A DNA stretch of 64,000 nucleotides from Camelus dromedarius (lineage: Eukaryota). Under the pieces are notes generated by a model, which did no database searches, was not told where the DNA came from, and saw only the letters and a program-made list of their open reading frames with translations. How positions within the stretch are numbered: position 1 is the stretch's first letter; the number at the start of each line of letters is the position of its first letter. Position numbers and translations under genes: made by a program. The DNA is taken from NCBI RefSeq assembly GCF_036321535.1, contig NC_087472.1, positions 101,248,001 to 101,312,000 on the forward strand, read 5' to 3'. Below, piece after piece: positions 39,434 through 52,200 of this stretch.

Positions 39434-41231
39434 CTAGCCCTTTCCAGGAAAAAGTTTGCCCACTCCTGATCAAAAAAAAAAAAAGTTGAGGAGTATCTAG
39501 TTGGAATTTAATGCCGTCTAATAGGAATGTTACTTCTTAGTCAAGAATTTGGCATTTCCATAATCCTTAGCTTCTCTCCCAATCTACCTAAAGTCATCCT
39601 GGCAAATGAGACATGTGTCAGGGCTACATTATTGACACTTAAGTGCTGTGGCAGAATTAAAGTACGGACAACCCCTTGTTGCTTTTCTCTTAGAAAATTT
39701 TCTCTTGTCTTCTCTGATTTTCCCAATGGACTTAAACATGCTTTTCAGCAACAAATTCTGTCTCAATCTCTCCCAACAGGCCAGCAAATCCTTACTCATC
39801 TTTCAGTATTCTGACAGACATTAGCATTTTCCAACTCAGCCAAAAATGACCTCACTGAGATCACATTATAAAGCCCTATTAAACACAATTGGCAATATAA
39901 AGCAATCAAGAGCTATCTTTCCCATATTTACTGACCATATTAGTAGTCTGTCAGCCTGTCTCTCTCCTCCTAGTGCATTTCCTTAGGAATCAAATATTTA
40001 GGAAGCACTGTTTGCCTCCCTTATCACTCTTGCTTTTCAGCAATCCTGTGAGATAATTATCTTATTTCTTCCCTTCTGAATTCCTAGATAATATACCTAC
40101 CAGAGTGTTTGGTCCTAACTCTAATCCTCTGATTATCAGATCTCAAAATGGTATTTTGTCCCACTTCCTTGAAGCCTTTAGCACCTTAAGCTGAGAATTT
40201 ACTGAAATCTCACTTTAAATATTTTCCTGAAGATCGCAGTCTTTACCCATTTTTTTCAATCAGTGTTTTTTGAATGACTTGCTAGGTCACCCTTCATGTA
40301 TCATTTTTAAAAATTTTTCTCCTGAGAAGGAAAGTTATAAATCACAAAGGAAAATGACATGATTCTAATATTTAAGCTACCTGGTACTTATATATTTAAT
40401 GGGATAGATAATAAATTTTAGAGCAAGTTTTTGAAATGCTGAAACACTAGGATTTCATGTTTTGTGTATATTTTAAAAGATGTCTAAGTGAATTTTTCAA
40501 TCAAATCTATAAAAATAAATCCAAAATTCTTTGCTCTTATGTGCAATTAAATGAACATATCTTGAATTTAATGCAGCTATTTAAGTGTGCACAATATAAA
40601 TATTTTGAATAAAAATTCCATACTAGGTTGGACAAGTCCTTGTTATCCTATAAGACAGCCTAAGAAATAGCAACTCCCAGGGAAATCACTAGTATGGGGC
40701 CAAAGGGGCCTCCTCTGCTTCAATATTTTGGCTGAAAATGTAGAAAGAATTCATACCAGTTCTGTACCTGACATGAGACTGCAAGGGATCCAAGATACCC
40801 AAGGGATATAGGTTCAACCCGGAAGTATCAGTTGGGAGGCTGTTGCCACAGCTGCAAGATGATGGTTGAGGGTAGCTAAAGGCTGTCACTAGTGAATTGC
40901 CTGCCAAAAGCCCCGAGTGACAAGGGCTTTGCTGAAAGTGTCTTTCATGGGGGGTGGGGTATGGGGTTGGGCAGATATGAGTACTGTGGATTCCAGGGGA
41001 AGATCCCCATCAAAGAAAGGAGTGTGGTGGAGCTGGGACTGGGAGGTACCAATCAGGAGCTGGCACGCAGGATTCAGCTGGAGAAAGCATTTGGAGATTA
41101 GTTGAATGAGAGCATCAAGGGAATGCCTGATCTAGATCAGAAATCCCAGGGCAAGATCAAGTCATTATTGCTGCATAGAACAAAGGGTCAAGGGGCCTGA
41201 TTATGTGAAGGCCCTTCTAGAAGTCCCCCCC

Positions 41232-41386
41232 TTTTTTTTGGTTTTGGGGGGAGTGAGGAGATAATTAGGTTTATTTATTTGTTTATTTATTTATTATTAT
41301 TTTTTAATGGAGGTACTGGGGATTGAACCCAGGACCTCATGCATGCTAAGCATGCAGTCTAACTCTAAGCTATACCCTCACCCCCC
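41232..41386 (-). mobile_element. tRNA(Ala)-derived SINE of the camelid Vic-1 type
   Basis: Minus strand GGGTATAGCTTAGAGTTAGACTGCATGCTTAGCATGCATGAGGTCCTGGGTTCAATCCCCAGTACCTCCA (A and B boxes), then (TAAA)n, CCTAATT, a C-run and an A tail. Degenerate TSD AGAAG(T)CCC. Confidence 0.85.
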
Positions 41387-41819
41387 AGAAGCCCTTTTGG
41401 GGGCAGCCAGCTCTCCCCAGAATAGAGCCTTCAAGTGAAAGGATGTCCAGGATAAATGGCAGCATTTAGATTCTAACATGTTGGAGCACTGAAGTAAAAT
41501 ATTGAACAAGAATGAATGGAAAAATCTGCTTTCAGATCTAAAACAATAATATACAGAAATAAAGGATGGAGGAGACTTTGCCTAACAGTAGTCTGTATAA
41601 AAAGTCTAAGGAACTTCTGTTACTCAAAAGTTCAGAATTAGCCAGCAAGGGTTAAAAAGCTGTCCTCAGAACCTTAGCATTTACTTGGGGGTCTCACAAA
41701 ATTTTCTTCAAATTAGTTTGGAAAATGCTGCATATTCTCTTGGGAATTGACAATGTTTTTTAGTTGGTTAAAGAAAGGCTCAGAAGAGTTCTGTAGTAAA
41801 AAGTCTTGATTAACTTTTT

Positions 41820-42160
41820 GTATTAATCAGGATGGGACAGGTTATACTGTAAGAACAAACATCCCTCACTTGTCAGTGGCTTAAAATAACAAAACTTTAT
41901 TTCTTATTTTGCTATGAATCCCTCAGGGGTCAGTTGAGGCTCTGTTTCTTGTCATCATTGGACCTAGGCTGAAGGGGTGAGTCACTGTAGCAGAGGGAGA
42001 AGAGAATATGGAAAAATATGCACTTGCCCTTAAAGCTTCCACCCCATAGACAGTACATACCCCTTCTGCTCAGGTTCTATCAATCAAGGCAATTCACGTG
42101 GCCATTCATTATAGGGATGCAGTTTTGAACTAGATATGAAGGAGAATTTTCTGAAAATTT
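41820..42160 (-). mobile_element. Old MaLR LTR (MLT1J/L-like)
   Basis: GTATTAATCAGGATGGGACAGGTTATACTG..CAGTGGCTTAAAATAACAAAACTTTATTTC..CTTAAAGCTTCC. Confidence 0.65.
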
Positions 42161-42164
42161 GAAT

Positions 42165-42680
42165 AAAGACCCTCCGAACCATGTCCCATAAAGCCCTACA
42201 AGATCTGGCCCCTGTTTGCCACTCCAGCCAAATCTCATGCCATTCCTTCCTTCCTTGCTCAGTTCTAGGCATGCTCACCTTTCTAAGAGTGCCTACAACA
42301 TGCCAGGTTCTTTTCTGCCACAGGGATTTTGCACTTTCTCTTCCCTTTGCCTGGAAGGCCCGTTCTTTACCTTTTGTATAGTTATCTCCTTTCCATCCTT
42401 CTGGACTCAGCTTTATTTTCTCCTCCACATGGAGGCTTTCTCTGACATTTCCTCTAAACTAATACCCACCACTTGTCACTTATTTTCTCTCATGCCACCC
42501 ACATATTTCAGTCTTAGCATTAATTATAAGCTGTAATTTCTCTCTCTCTCTCTCTCTCTCTCTCTATTTTCTGACCCCATCCATATACAAGTTCCTTGTG
42601 GGCAGAAAACTTATCATTTTACTACTAAATCTCTAGCACCTTTACATACTAGGTGCTCAATACATGTTTACTGAGTGAAC
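42165..42680 (+). mobile_element. L2 3' fragment
   Basis: AAGCCCTACAAGATCTGGCCCCTG..TGCCTGGAAGGCCC..TAGGTGCTCAATACATGTTTACTGAGTGAA. Confidence 0.75.
42539..42565. repeat. (CT)n microsatellite
   Basis: Direct reading. Confidence 0.95.
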
Positions 42681-42704
42681 AATAGGTTCTTTTATGGTTC
42701 TTTT

Positions 42705-42960
42705 TTTCAAACATATAGAAGAGTATAGAGAGAATAGTATAATGAACTCTGACATCCCCATCACCAAGCTTCAGAAGTTTTCAACTCATGGCCAATCTTG
42801 CTTCATCTAGACCCCTAGCCAGTCCTCTCCTGAATTATTTTGAAGCAATGCAAGACGTCATATCACTATTATCTGCAAATAAATGTTTCAGTATGTATCT
42901 CTAAGAAATAAGGATTCTTTTAAAAAAATAACCACACTATGATTGTCACACCTTAAAATC
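42705..42960 (-). mobile_element. L1MC4/5-like fragment
   Basis: AGAGAATAGTATAATGAAC..TCATGGCCAATCTTG..TTCAGTATGTATCTCTAAGAAATAAGGA. Confidence 0.7.
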
Positions 42961-44380
42961 TTATCAACACTAATGCTTAGAGCTGTCCATGAAGAGTACA
43001 GGATGCTTCAGAAAGAGCCTGGTTGGTTGATGAATATTTACTGAGCCCCTACTGTATGCCAGCCATAGATTTCGAAGTAAGTCTTACAGGCAAGGTCCTG
43101 GGAGCTAACATTCTGAGAAACGGACAACTGTCAGAAACGTGAGATGGGGCCTCCTCCACAGAGCTCCGCAGCAGGAGCTGTGTCTAAGTCATTCTGTGTG
43201 AACAGGGACATAAAGATGTCATGGAGAGGAGTTCTGCTTTACAGGGTAACTGGTCCATCTTAAAACTTACGGATTCTTATTTTCATGCTGTTTTGGCCTT
43301 CATTTGAACCAATTCCTTATTTTTGTCTCAAAATATTTATATGAAAAGCATTTTTTTTTTTTAGTTTTTCTCTGCAAGAAGTGACCTGGATTTTTCTCAC
43401 TTCTCTGTGATTTACCCCTTATGTTTACCAAACAGGCCACTAAGGGGTGGGTGGCCAGGACTGCTCCTAGCCCATATGCCATCTCTGTGTGAAGTAAAAA
43501 GGCATGCCTTGCTTTGAACAGAGCATCCTACATCAGGGTGCAAGGCTTGGTGTGCAGACCAGAGAGTTGGATTTCAGACCCTTCTTGCCCCTTCCCAAGC
43601 ACTCACCCTTCTGTGATAAACAACGTTTGCAACAGTACACGGCAGGCCTGCAGGTGGTTGTCTGATCATGGTGCTTTCCTGACTGTTTTAATTCTGTGCA
43701 ACTTATGTTCTTGACCTCAAACACAAGTAATTCAGTAAAACTACTAAAATGTGAAGATGAGAAATGGCATGTGATTTGTGACAGATATCTGCTATTCATT
43801 TGTCAAAATCCAACTGTATGTGAGGAACAGTTAGTGGGACGATAGTGTTAGGAATATAAAACATGGTATTTTACAAAGTTCCTGATTCTATTGACAGCCA
43901 ACTATGTGAATTATTTCATAAAAGTGTGGTATACCTGTCTCATGATGATACATTTCTAAAAAATGATACATAGATAATAAATCCAGGGTTTATAAATTCA
44001 CTTCCTGTCAAGAAGTAGATGTCATTATAATGTCTGTTGTCATGGAAATAGTTGGCATTTTTTCAGACATATGAGGGCACCTAAGTAGGTTGAAAATGTG
44101 TAGATGTATTACACTTTTTCTGGCCCCTAAATTTTTTTTCAAATTTTTCCAATTGGGGAAAAATCCATCGCAAGAGCGAAAAACCCTAAAACACGTTGGA
44201 ATAGCACACTTTCAATTTGAGAAAGCTGATTTTTCTTCCCTGCTGAAACAAATGAAAAGATACTAGTTCTCTGTACCAAAGAACTAGCTGAAGTTCTTCA
44301 CTTACCTTGGTATAGCGTTTGTATGCCGGGAGGTTGGAGAAACGCTATGTGTTACTGTGCTTTATATGGGAATAGGCAGT

Positions 44381-44694
44381 TCAGTGGTGTTCTGTCCACT
44401 GTGGCAGCCATAGCTCCGTGTGTCCACTGAACACTTGAATGTGGCTGGTCTCAACTGGAATGTGCTGTAAGAGCAAAACACACACTGGGTTTCAAGACTT
44501 GGTATGAAAAAAGAAAGTAAAATATCTCATTAATAACTTACTAATATTGACTTCATGTTGAAATGATATTTTAGATACATTGGGTTAAATGTTATGCTGT
44601 TAATATTATTTTTACCTGTTCTCTTTCACCTTTTATAATGTGGCTACTAGAACACTTTATGTGGCTTGCATTACGTATTTTTTGGACTGCACTG
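44381..44694. mobile_element. hAT-Charlie MITE (MER33-like)
   Basis: CACTTGAATGTGGCT..TTTCAAGACTTGGTATGAAAAAAGAAAGTAAAATATCTCATTAATAA..AATGTGGCTACTAGAA..TTGGACTGCACTG. Confidence 0.85.
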
Positions 44695-46314
44695 ATTTAG
44701 GTATACACAGTACCAGCGTGATATGATGCCTAGATGTCTGGTCAACTGTGACAACCAAAAACTCATCCATTCTTGTGAATATTTTCTTTGGCAGTCAGTT
44801 AGACTGCTGGCCTGGTTTTCTCTGGGCAAACATAGGCAGAGGGGAAGGTATTGTGGAGATGGGGTGGGGAGGGGCATGTGCATTATAAAACCAGGTTTTA
44901 TACTTACCAGGTGACTTGAGGCAAACTGCAATGAAATCCCCTTGACCGCTTCCACCCAGACCTCTACTTATGGTGGTGTGTCTGTCCCCAGGTGTTACTG
45001 TTAGTCTCTTCTGAGCAAATCACATTATCTAAGATGTTCAGCTATTTGGAAGAATTGTAAGACCATTTTGTCATTACATGGCAAGGACTGCGATATGCCT
45101 ATGGATATTTTATTTTATGTGGAATTTTTGGATGGGGAAAAAATTAACCTAAGTCCAGTAAATTTGGAAAAGGTGGTGAACATTTGGCAGAGTGCTGGTT
45201 GATATACTTCATTGCAAATCCAATTTTCTTTCCTCACTATCTGAAAAGAGTCCAAATTTCTCTTTTTGAAGAAAAAAAACCCCTGCTGCCAAAATCCCTG
45301 CATGATACCCATGTATATATGGGTTCAGTTACTGTGCCACATTTTCAGTGATTGCTGAATGCCTCCTGCATGTTGGATACTTTATTTATTTATAAGAAGT
45401 AAATAAACCATTTCTTAACATATTTTTGCAAGGTAGGTATTTTCATCCCATTCTAAAAATGAAGATAGAAGTTCAAATGCTTGTGTAACTTTCCCAAGGC
45501 CTCAAAGCTACTCAGTGGTGTATAGACTGGGGATTTGAAAACAGGTCTTTCTGGCTCCAAAGTGTAAGTTCTTTCCTCAGAACTCACTGCTTCCTTAAAA
45601 CATGGAGCAAGAATTGTTCCAGAGCCACAAAATTCTACATGTAAGCTGGAAGTTTGGGTCTGCTCTAAGGCCTGGGTTCTATTCTAGATTCTGAGAGGTC
45701 CTCAAAGTGGGAGGGCCCACTGCCCAGGATAAATGGGCAAGGAGGAAGTCAGTGAAGACTTGGCTAAAAAGGAAGAAAGAAAACAGGACTGTAAGCCAAC
45801 ATCAAACTCTTTCAAAATCATTGGCCTTGAGACCCTGGGTGGGATACTTAATTTCTGTGGGTCTCACTGCCTTTACTTGAAAAATCGAGATATTTGTCCA
45901 CTCTGTCTCCTTTATGGGGTTATAATAGAGACCCCATAATTTTAGATACTATATGAAAAGTTCTTTGTAAACTCCAAAATGCTCTACAAATAAGGTATTA
46001 ATAAAATAAAATTATGTTTTCTTATTGTTCTTCTTTTTCGTAAGGGATGATATTTGGTTCCTCTTAAGTGGATAATTGTCGACTGAATAAAGAAAAGCTT
46101 ATTTATTTGTGTATATATCTAAGAGAACAAACCTAAAGTTCATTATCTAGAATGGTTGTGAGAGGGAATAAGTTGTAAACACTTCGTAGTGGTAATACTA
46201 AAAACTCAAGGGCCAGAAAGGAACTTAAGGTCACTCAGGTCAATACCTGGAAATCTTCTTATTCATAAGTGTAGAATATGTATTTGAAATAAACTATACA
46301 ATTTTGACTGGGGG

Positions 46315-46540
46315 ACATAAGGATAAGACCTTACTGAATTACAGAGACCCACTGTGTTCTTGGATGGGAAGACTTAATATTATAAAAATGTTAGTTCCAC
46401 CCAAATTAATTGATAACTTTAGCATATTCCCAATCAAAATTCCCATGAGACATTATTGATAACCTAATGTAACTTACTTTAAATTTTATGTGGAAAAATA
46501 GCCAGGATAATTCTGAAAAAGAGGAGTAATAAGTAGAGGG
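46315..46540 (+). mobile_element. Ancient L1 ORF2 fragment
   Basis: TGTTCTTGGATGGGAAGACTTAATATTATAAAAATG..CCCAATCAAAATTCC, homologous to the [17 protein letters not shown] segment of the full-length L1. Confidence 0.7.
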
Positions 46541-46584
46541 TTGGCATTAAGGGTAGGTTCCTATCTTCCTACCTTGGCCCAATT

Positions 46585-47015
46585 CCTCACTTTCCATCTG
46601 TAGCTGCATCCTTTGTTGTGTGACTTTGCAGTTCTTCTAAAGGCCCCTTAACTTGGAGCTTAGCTGAATGACTTGCTTTGGCAGGTGGAACGTCAGAGTC
46701 AGTTCTGAGCCTAGGCCTTGTGAGTCCTTCCAGGTTTCTACTTGTTTCTTGCCCCCTCATTGAGCAGCGAAAAATGCACCTTGGCTAGCCTGCTGGTTAA
46801 AAGGGGGGTGACAGGTGCATGGGGCAGAGCTGCCTCTGGCACCTAATAGACCTGCAGTGAGAAGCAGGCCTCCCCAGCCACTGCAGCCTGAAGCAGACCC
46901 ACCTAGATAAATCGAATCCCAGTCAGTCTGCAGAGGCCTGAGTAATAATAAGTGATTGTTGTTTTAAGCCCTAGAGTTTTAAGGTGGTTTGTTATGCAGC
47001 AGTAGCTAATTGATA
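46585..47015 (+). mobile_element. MaLR LTR (MLT1G/H-like)
   Basis: TGTGACTTTGCAGTTCTT..TGACTTGCTTTGGC..GTTCTGAGCCTAGGCC..GTTGTTTTAAGCC..TTGTTATGCAGCAGTAGCTAA. Confidence 0.75.
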
Positions 47016-49297
47016 TGGCCCTATAATGGATGAAAATCTGTGTGTTGTTATAGCTAGTATAAGGTGGAGACAACATTCAAATCGGGGTCTGTTTTACTCC
47101 AAAGACTACATCTTCCTTTCCTGAGGAAGTTAATTCAAGTTTTGTGTTAAGAGACAATGGGCATGATACAGTCATTGTGCTCTATAACCAGGCCATTCCT
47201 AATATCCAAAGACCTGCTTTCTCGTGTGACCTATAACATGAATGCCCTTGCTGAGAAAGGAGAATCGATGAAAAAAAATCAATCCATGTGCCCCAGACCT
47301 TCCAAGGCCATAAATGGTTTAGCTCCCTTGTTAGAAATTTAGCCGAAGGCATATGGGACATTAAACTTCTTTGTCATGAAACTTCCACTTCCTTCTTTCC
47401 ACAATGGGCATAAAATGTACCCCTGGAAAACTAACCTCTTTAGATAGACCCAAGAGGTCCTAAAGGTATTTTGGAAGCTGTGGACCTGCTAGGAAGGGAT
47501 AATGTACAATATCTCGGGCAGTAATTCATGACTTATAAGGGCTAAGCTTTTTAGTTTAAAGAGAAAAAAATGGCTTCTGTGTTACCGTTCTAAACAGACC
47601 ACAAGAATCTTTTGGGAAGCCCCCATTGTCAACTTTTCAACAACTGGTAATGACTCTTGGCTCCCACACTACACATTTCTGTGGCTGCACAGCAGTATTT
47701 CAGCCTCTTTCAGTATCTAATAAAAATCACAGCTAATAAACTCCAATCAGCACCTGAAGGAAGGGGTGCTTGCTTCTAACTGTAATATACTGGCCTCTGC
47801 AGTACTTCAAAGGGCAGGCGTCTGTTCAAGTCTACCTTGCCCTGGTTTCCATCCCTAGGTGAAGATTAACCATGTGTGCTCTGGGAAAATCTGTTCTGAG
47901 TTTGCCTTAAAGTGTTTCGTATCCCTTTAAATCAGCTGTTCACTTTGACAGCCCACCGACACAGGCTCCTTTTTCAGTAGGGGGAGGGCACCTTTTCGGT
48001 TTCCATTTGATCCTTCAGTTTCCTTGTGTCGTCTCTTACCCATTTCAGGCTTCTGATTTCTTCTTTCCAGAAGATGAAGCATGTATGTCCATGAGAGAAG
48101 CCTGATAATTTTAAAAGTTTAATGACAAGTCAAAACTAAATTTGAAAGTTATTGGGTGCCTGGCTCCTGATACTTGAAAATACTTTGTTCTTAGCTAAGG
48201 TTGAGTGTCAGATGCATGATGACAGGGTAAGTGATATAAATTATAACAGAATTTCAACTGAAAAAAATTTTCCTGTGTGTCCAGAACCTTCTCCTCTGAA
48301 CCTTTCATTGTTACCAAGGCTTTATATTGAGATCTCAAAGTTTGGGTTCTTAGAAAACACCTTGAAAATGTACGGACTATTTTTAAAAATAGGCTATTTA
48401 AAAATATCGTTTTCTTCTTTCATCACATCTCAGAAGTGTGGAGAGGGCTGCTAAATCCTGGCAAAATGGGAGAGCATTATTTGTTGACCAGAGTAAAATT
48501 AGTTTGAAATGTTATGTGATATATATCACAGAGTGGGGGTATTACTTAGCGATGTAGGGGAAAACTTTCCCCTAACTTTTAACTGTTTCTCATTCCTCTC
48601 AGGAGAAAATGTGTTCCTCACCTTGCATCCACATGCTTTCAACAAGATCAAAAAAAAACAAAACAACTTAGACTTCATGTTCACATTTTAACATCTCTGA
48701 AATTGAGATGCACCTAGTTGATGGTACCTTATCGTTGCCAGCCAGGCAGTGGGTATTGTCTGCTCCCATGCAAACTTAGATTGAAAACCTTTGCTTCCTC
48801 TAGGTAAATGTCTAGAAAGCACACAAACACTGAAACTTGCAGAATAGGCATCAGTGACTTGGAAGAAAGCCCCAGGGACAGCAGTGGAGCCCACTTCTAT
48901 GAAAAGCTGTGTCATCAACTCTTTTCATGAAATAAAAATTGTAGGTGGTCAGAAAGTATCATGTTGGCGGTATTTTTCTTTTTAACATTTTTAATTGATT
49001 TATAATCATTTTACAATGTTGTGTCAAATTCCAGTGTTCAGCACAATTTTTCAGTTATTCATGGACATATACACACTCATTGTCACATTTTTTTCTCTGT
49101 GAGATATCATAACATTTTGTGTATATTTCCCTGTGCTATACAGTGTAGTCTATTCTACAATTTTGAAATCCCAGTCTATCCCTTCCCACCCTCCACCCCC
49201 CTGGTAACCACAAGTCTGTATTCTCTGTCTGTGAGTCTATTTCTGTCCTTTATTTACGCTTTGTTTTTGTTTGTTTGTTTGTTTTTGTTTTTGTTTT

Positions 49298-52200
49298 TTA
49301 GATTCCACATATGAGCGATCTCATACGGTATTTTTCTTTCTCTTTCTGGCTTACTTAGAATGACATTCTCCAGGAGCATCCATGTTGCTGCAAATGGCAT
49401 TATGTTGTCGGTTTTTATGGCTGAGTAGTATTCCATTGTATAAATATACCACCACTTCTTTATCCAGTCACCTGTTGATGGACATTTAGGCTGTTTCCAT
49501 GTTTTGGCTATTGTAAATAGTGCTGCTATGAACATTGGGGTGCAGGTGTCATCCTGAAGTAGATTTCCTTCTGGATACAAGCCCAGGAGTGCGATTCCTG
49601 GGTCATATGGTAAGTCTATTCCTAGTCTTTTGAGGAATCTCCACACTGTTTTCCATAGTGGCTGCACCAAACTGCATTCCCACCAGCAGTGTAGGAGGGT
49701 TCCCCTTTCTCCACAGCCTCTCCAGCATTTGTCATTTGTGGATTTTTGAATGACGGCCATTCTGACTGGTGTGAGGTGATACCTCATTGTAGTTTTGATT
49801 TGCATTTCTCTGATAATTAGTGATATTGAGCATTTTTTCATGTGCTTTTTGATCATTTGTATTTCTTCCTTGGAGAATTGCTTGTTTAGGTCTTCTGCCC
49901 ATTTTTGGATTGGGTTGTTTATTTTTTTCTTATTGAGTCGTATGAGCTGCTTACATATTCTGGAGATCAAGCCTTTGTCGGTTTCACTTGCAAAAATTTT
50001 CTCCCATTCCGTAGGTTTTCTTCTTGTTTTACTTCTGGTTTCCTTTGCTGTGCAGAAGCTTGTAAGTTTCATTAGGTCCCATTTGTTTATTCTTGCTTTT
50101 ATTTCTTCTAGGAGAAAATGTTTGAGATGTATGTCAGATAATGTTTTGCCTATGTTTTCCTCTAGGAGGTTTATTGTATCTTGTCTTACGTTTAGGTCTT
50201 TAATCCATTTTGAGTTGATTTTTGTATATGGTGTAAGGGAGTGTTCTAGCTTCATTGTTTTACATGCTGCTGTCCAGTTTTCCCAACACCATTTGCTGAA
50301 GAGACTGTCTTTATTCCATTGTATATTCTTGCCTCCTTTGTCAAAGATGAGTTGACCAAAAGTTTGTGGGTTCATTTCTGGGCTCTCAATTCTGTTCCAT
50401 TGGTCTATATGTCTGTTTTGGTACCAATACCATGCTGTCTTGATGACTGTAGCTCTATAGTATTGTCTGAAGTCTGGGAGAGTTATTCCTCCAGCCTCTT
50501 TCTTTCTCTTCAGTAATGCTTTGGCAATTCTAGGTCTTTGATGGTTCCATATGAATTTTATTATGATTTTTTCTAGTTCTGTGAACTATGTCCTGGGTAA
50601 TTGGATAGGGATTGCATTAAATCTGTAGATTGCCTTGGGCAGTGTGACCATTTTAACAATATTGATTCTTCCAATCCAAGAGCATGGAATATCTTTCCAT
50701 TTTTTAAAGTCTTCTTTAATTTCCTTCATCAATGGTTTATAGTTTTCTGTGTATAATTCTTTCACCTCCTTGGTTAGATTTATTCCCAGGTATTTTATTA
50801 CTTTGGGTGCTATTTTAAAGGGGATTGTTTCTTTACTTTCTTCTTCTGTTGATTTATCGTTAGTGTAAAGAAATGCAACTGATTTTTGAACGTTAATTTT
50901 GTAACCTGCTACCTTGCTGAATTCTTCAATCAGCTCTAGTAGCTTTTGTGTGGACCTTTTAGGGTTTTCTATATATAGTAACATGTCATCAGCATATAAT
51001 GACACTTTTACCTCTTCTTTTCCAATTTGGATCCCTTTTATTTCTTTCTCTTGCCTGACTGCTGTGGCTAGGACTTCCAGGACTATGTTGAATAGGAGTG
51101 GTGATAGTGGGCATCCTTGTCTTGTCCCAGATTTTAGTGGGAAGCTTTTGAGTTTTTCACCGTTGAGTACTATGCTGGCTGTAGGTTTGTCATATATAGC
51201 TTTTATTATGTTGAGATATGTTCCCTCTATACCCACTTTGGCGAGAGTTTTTATCATAAATGGGTGTTGAATTTTATCAATTGCTTTTTCTGCATCGATT
51301 GAGATGATCATGTGGTTTTTGTCCTTTCTCTTGTTGATGTGATGTATTACACTGATTGATTTGCGTTATGTTGAACCAGCCTTGTGTCCCTGGGATGAAC
51401 CCCACTTGGTCATGATGTATAATCTTTTTTATGTGTTGTTGGATTCTATTTGCTAAAATTTTGGTGAGGATTTTGGCGTCTATGTTCATCAGTGATATTG
51501 GCCTATAATTCTCTTTTTTTGTAGTGTCTTTGCCTGGTTTTGGTTTCAAGGTGATGGTGGCTTCATAGAATGAGTTTGGGAGTATTCCCTCCTTTTCAAT
51601 CGTCTGGAAGAGTTTGAGAAGGACTGGTATGAGTTCTTCTTTGTATGTTTGGTAGAATTCCCCGGTGAAGCCGTCCGGTCCTGGACTTTTATTTGTAGGG
51701 AGGTTTTTAATTGCTATTTCTATTTCCTTTCTAGTGATCGGATTGTTCAAGTGTTCAGATTCTTCTTGATTCAGTTTTGGTGGACAGTATGTTTCCAGAA
51801 ACTTGTCCATCTCCTCTAGGTTATCCAGTTTGGTTCCATATAGTTTTTCATAATATTCTCGTATGATATTCTGTATTTCTATTTTGTTTGTTGTAATTTC
51901 TCCATTTTCCTTTCTTATTTTGCTAATTTGTGCTCTCTCTTTTTTCTTCTTTGTGAGTTTGGCCAGAGGTTTGTCGATTTTATTTACTTTTTCAAAAAAC
52001 CAGCTTTTGGTTTGGTTGATTTTTTTCTATGGTCTTGTTAATCTCTATTGTATTTAATTCCCCTCTGATCTTTTATTATTTCCTTCCTTCTGCTGCTTTT
52101 TGGGGCTTTTTGTTCTTCTTTTTCTAATTCATTCAGGTGGTGGGTTAAATTGTTTATTTGAGATTGTTCTTCTTTTTTGAGGAAGGCCTGTATCGCTATA

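Larger units (their letters stand above)
38256..39468. mobile_element. hAT-Charlie MITE MER58A, split by the MLT1 LTR
   Basis: Terminal inverted repeats CAGGAGCTGGCAAACT / AGTTTGCCCACTCCTG; internal TTTTATTGG..CAGCCAC..GGCAGAGTTGAGT; degenerate 8-bp TSD ATCCAGAA/ATCAAAAA. Confidence 0.85.

Noticed and set aside
41305..41386. Functional tRNA-Ala gene
   Set aside because: The D-arm/A-box is degenerate and the sequence is followed by a SINE tail and flanked by a TSD, so it is a SINE.
147..48918. Numerous 60-180 aa ORFs in the six-frame track (e.g. 1193-1639, 5508-6050, 30555-31076, 33798-34268)
   Set aside because: No recognisable domains; many start at non-ATG codons, run through repeats or microsatellites, and lack coherent exon structure. 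Consistent with chance ORFs in non-coding DNA.
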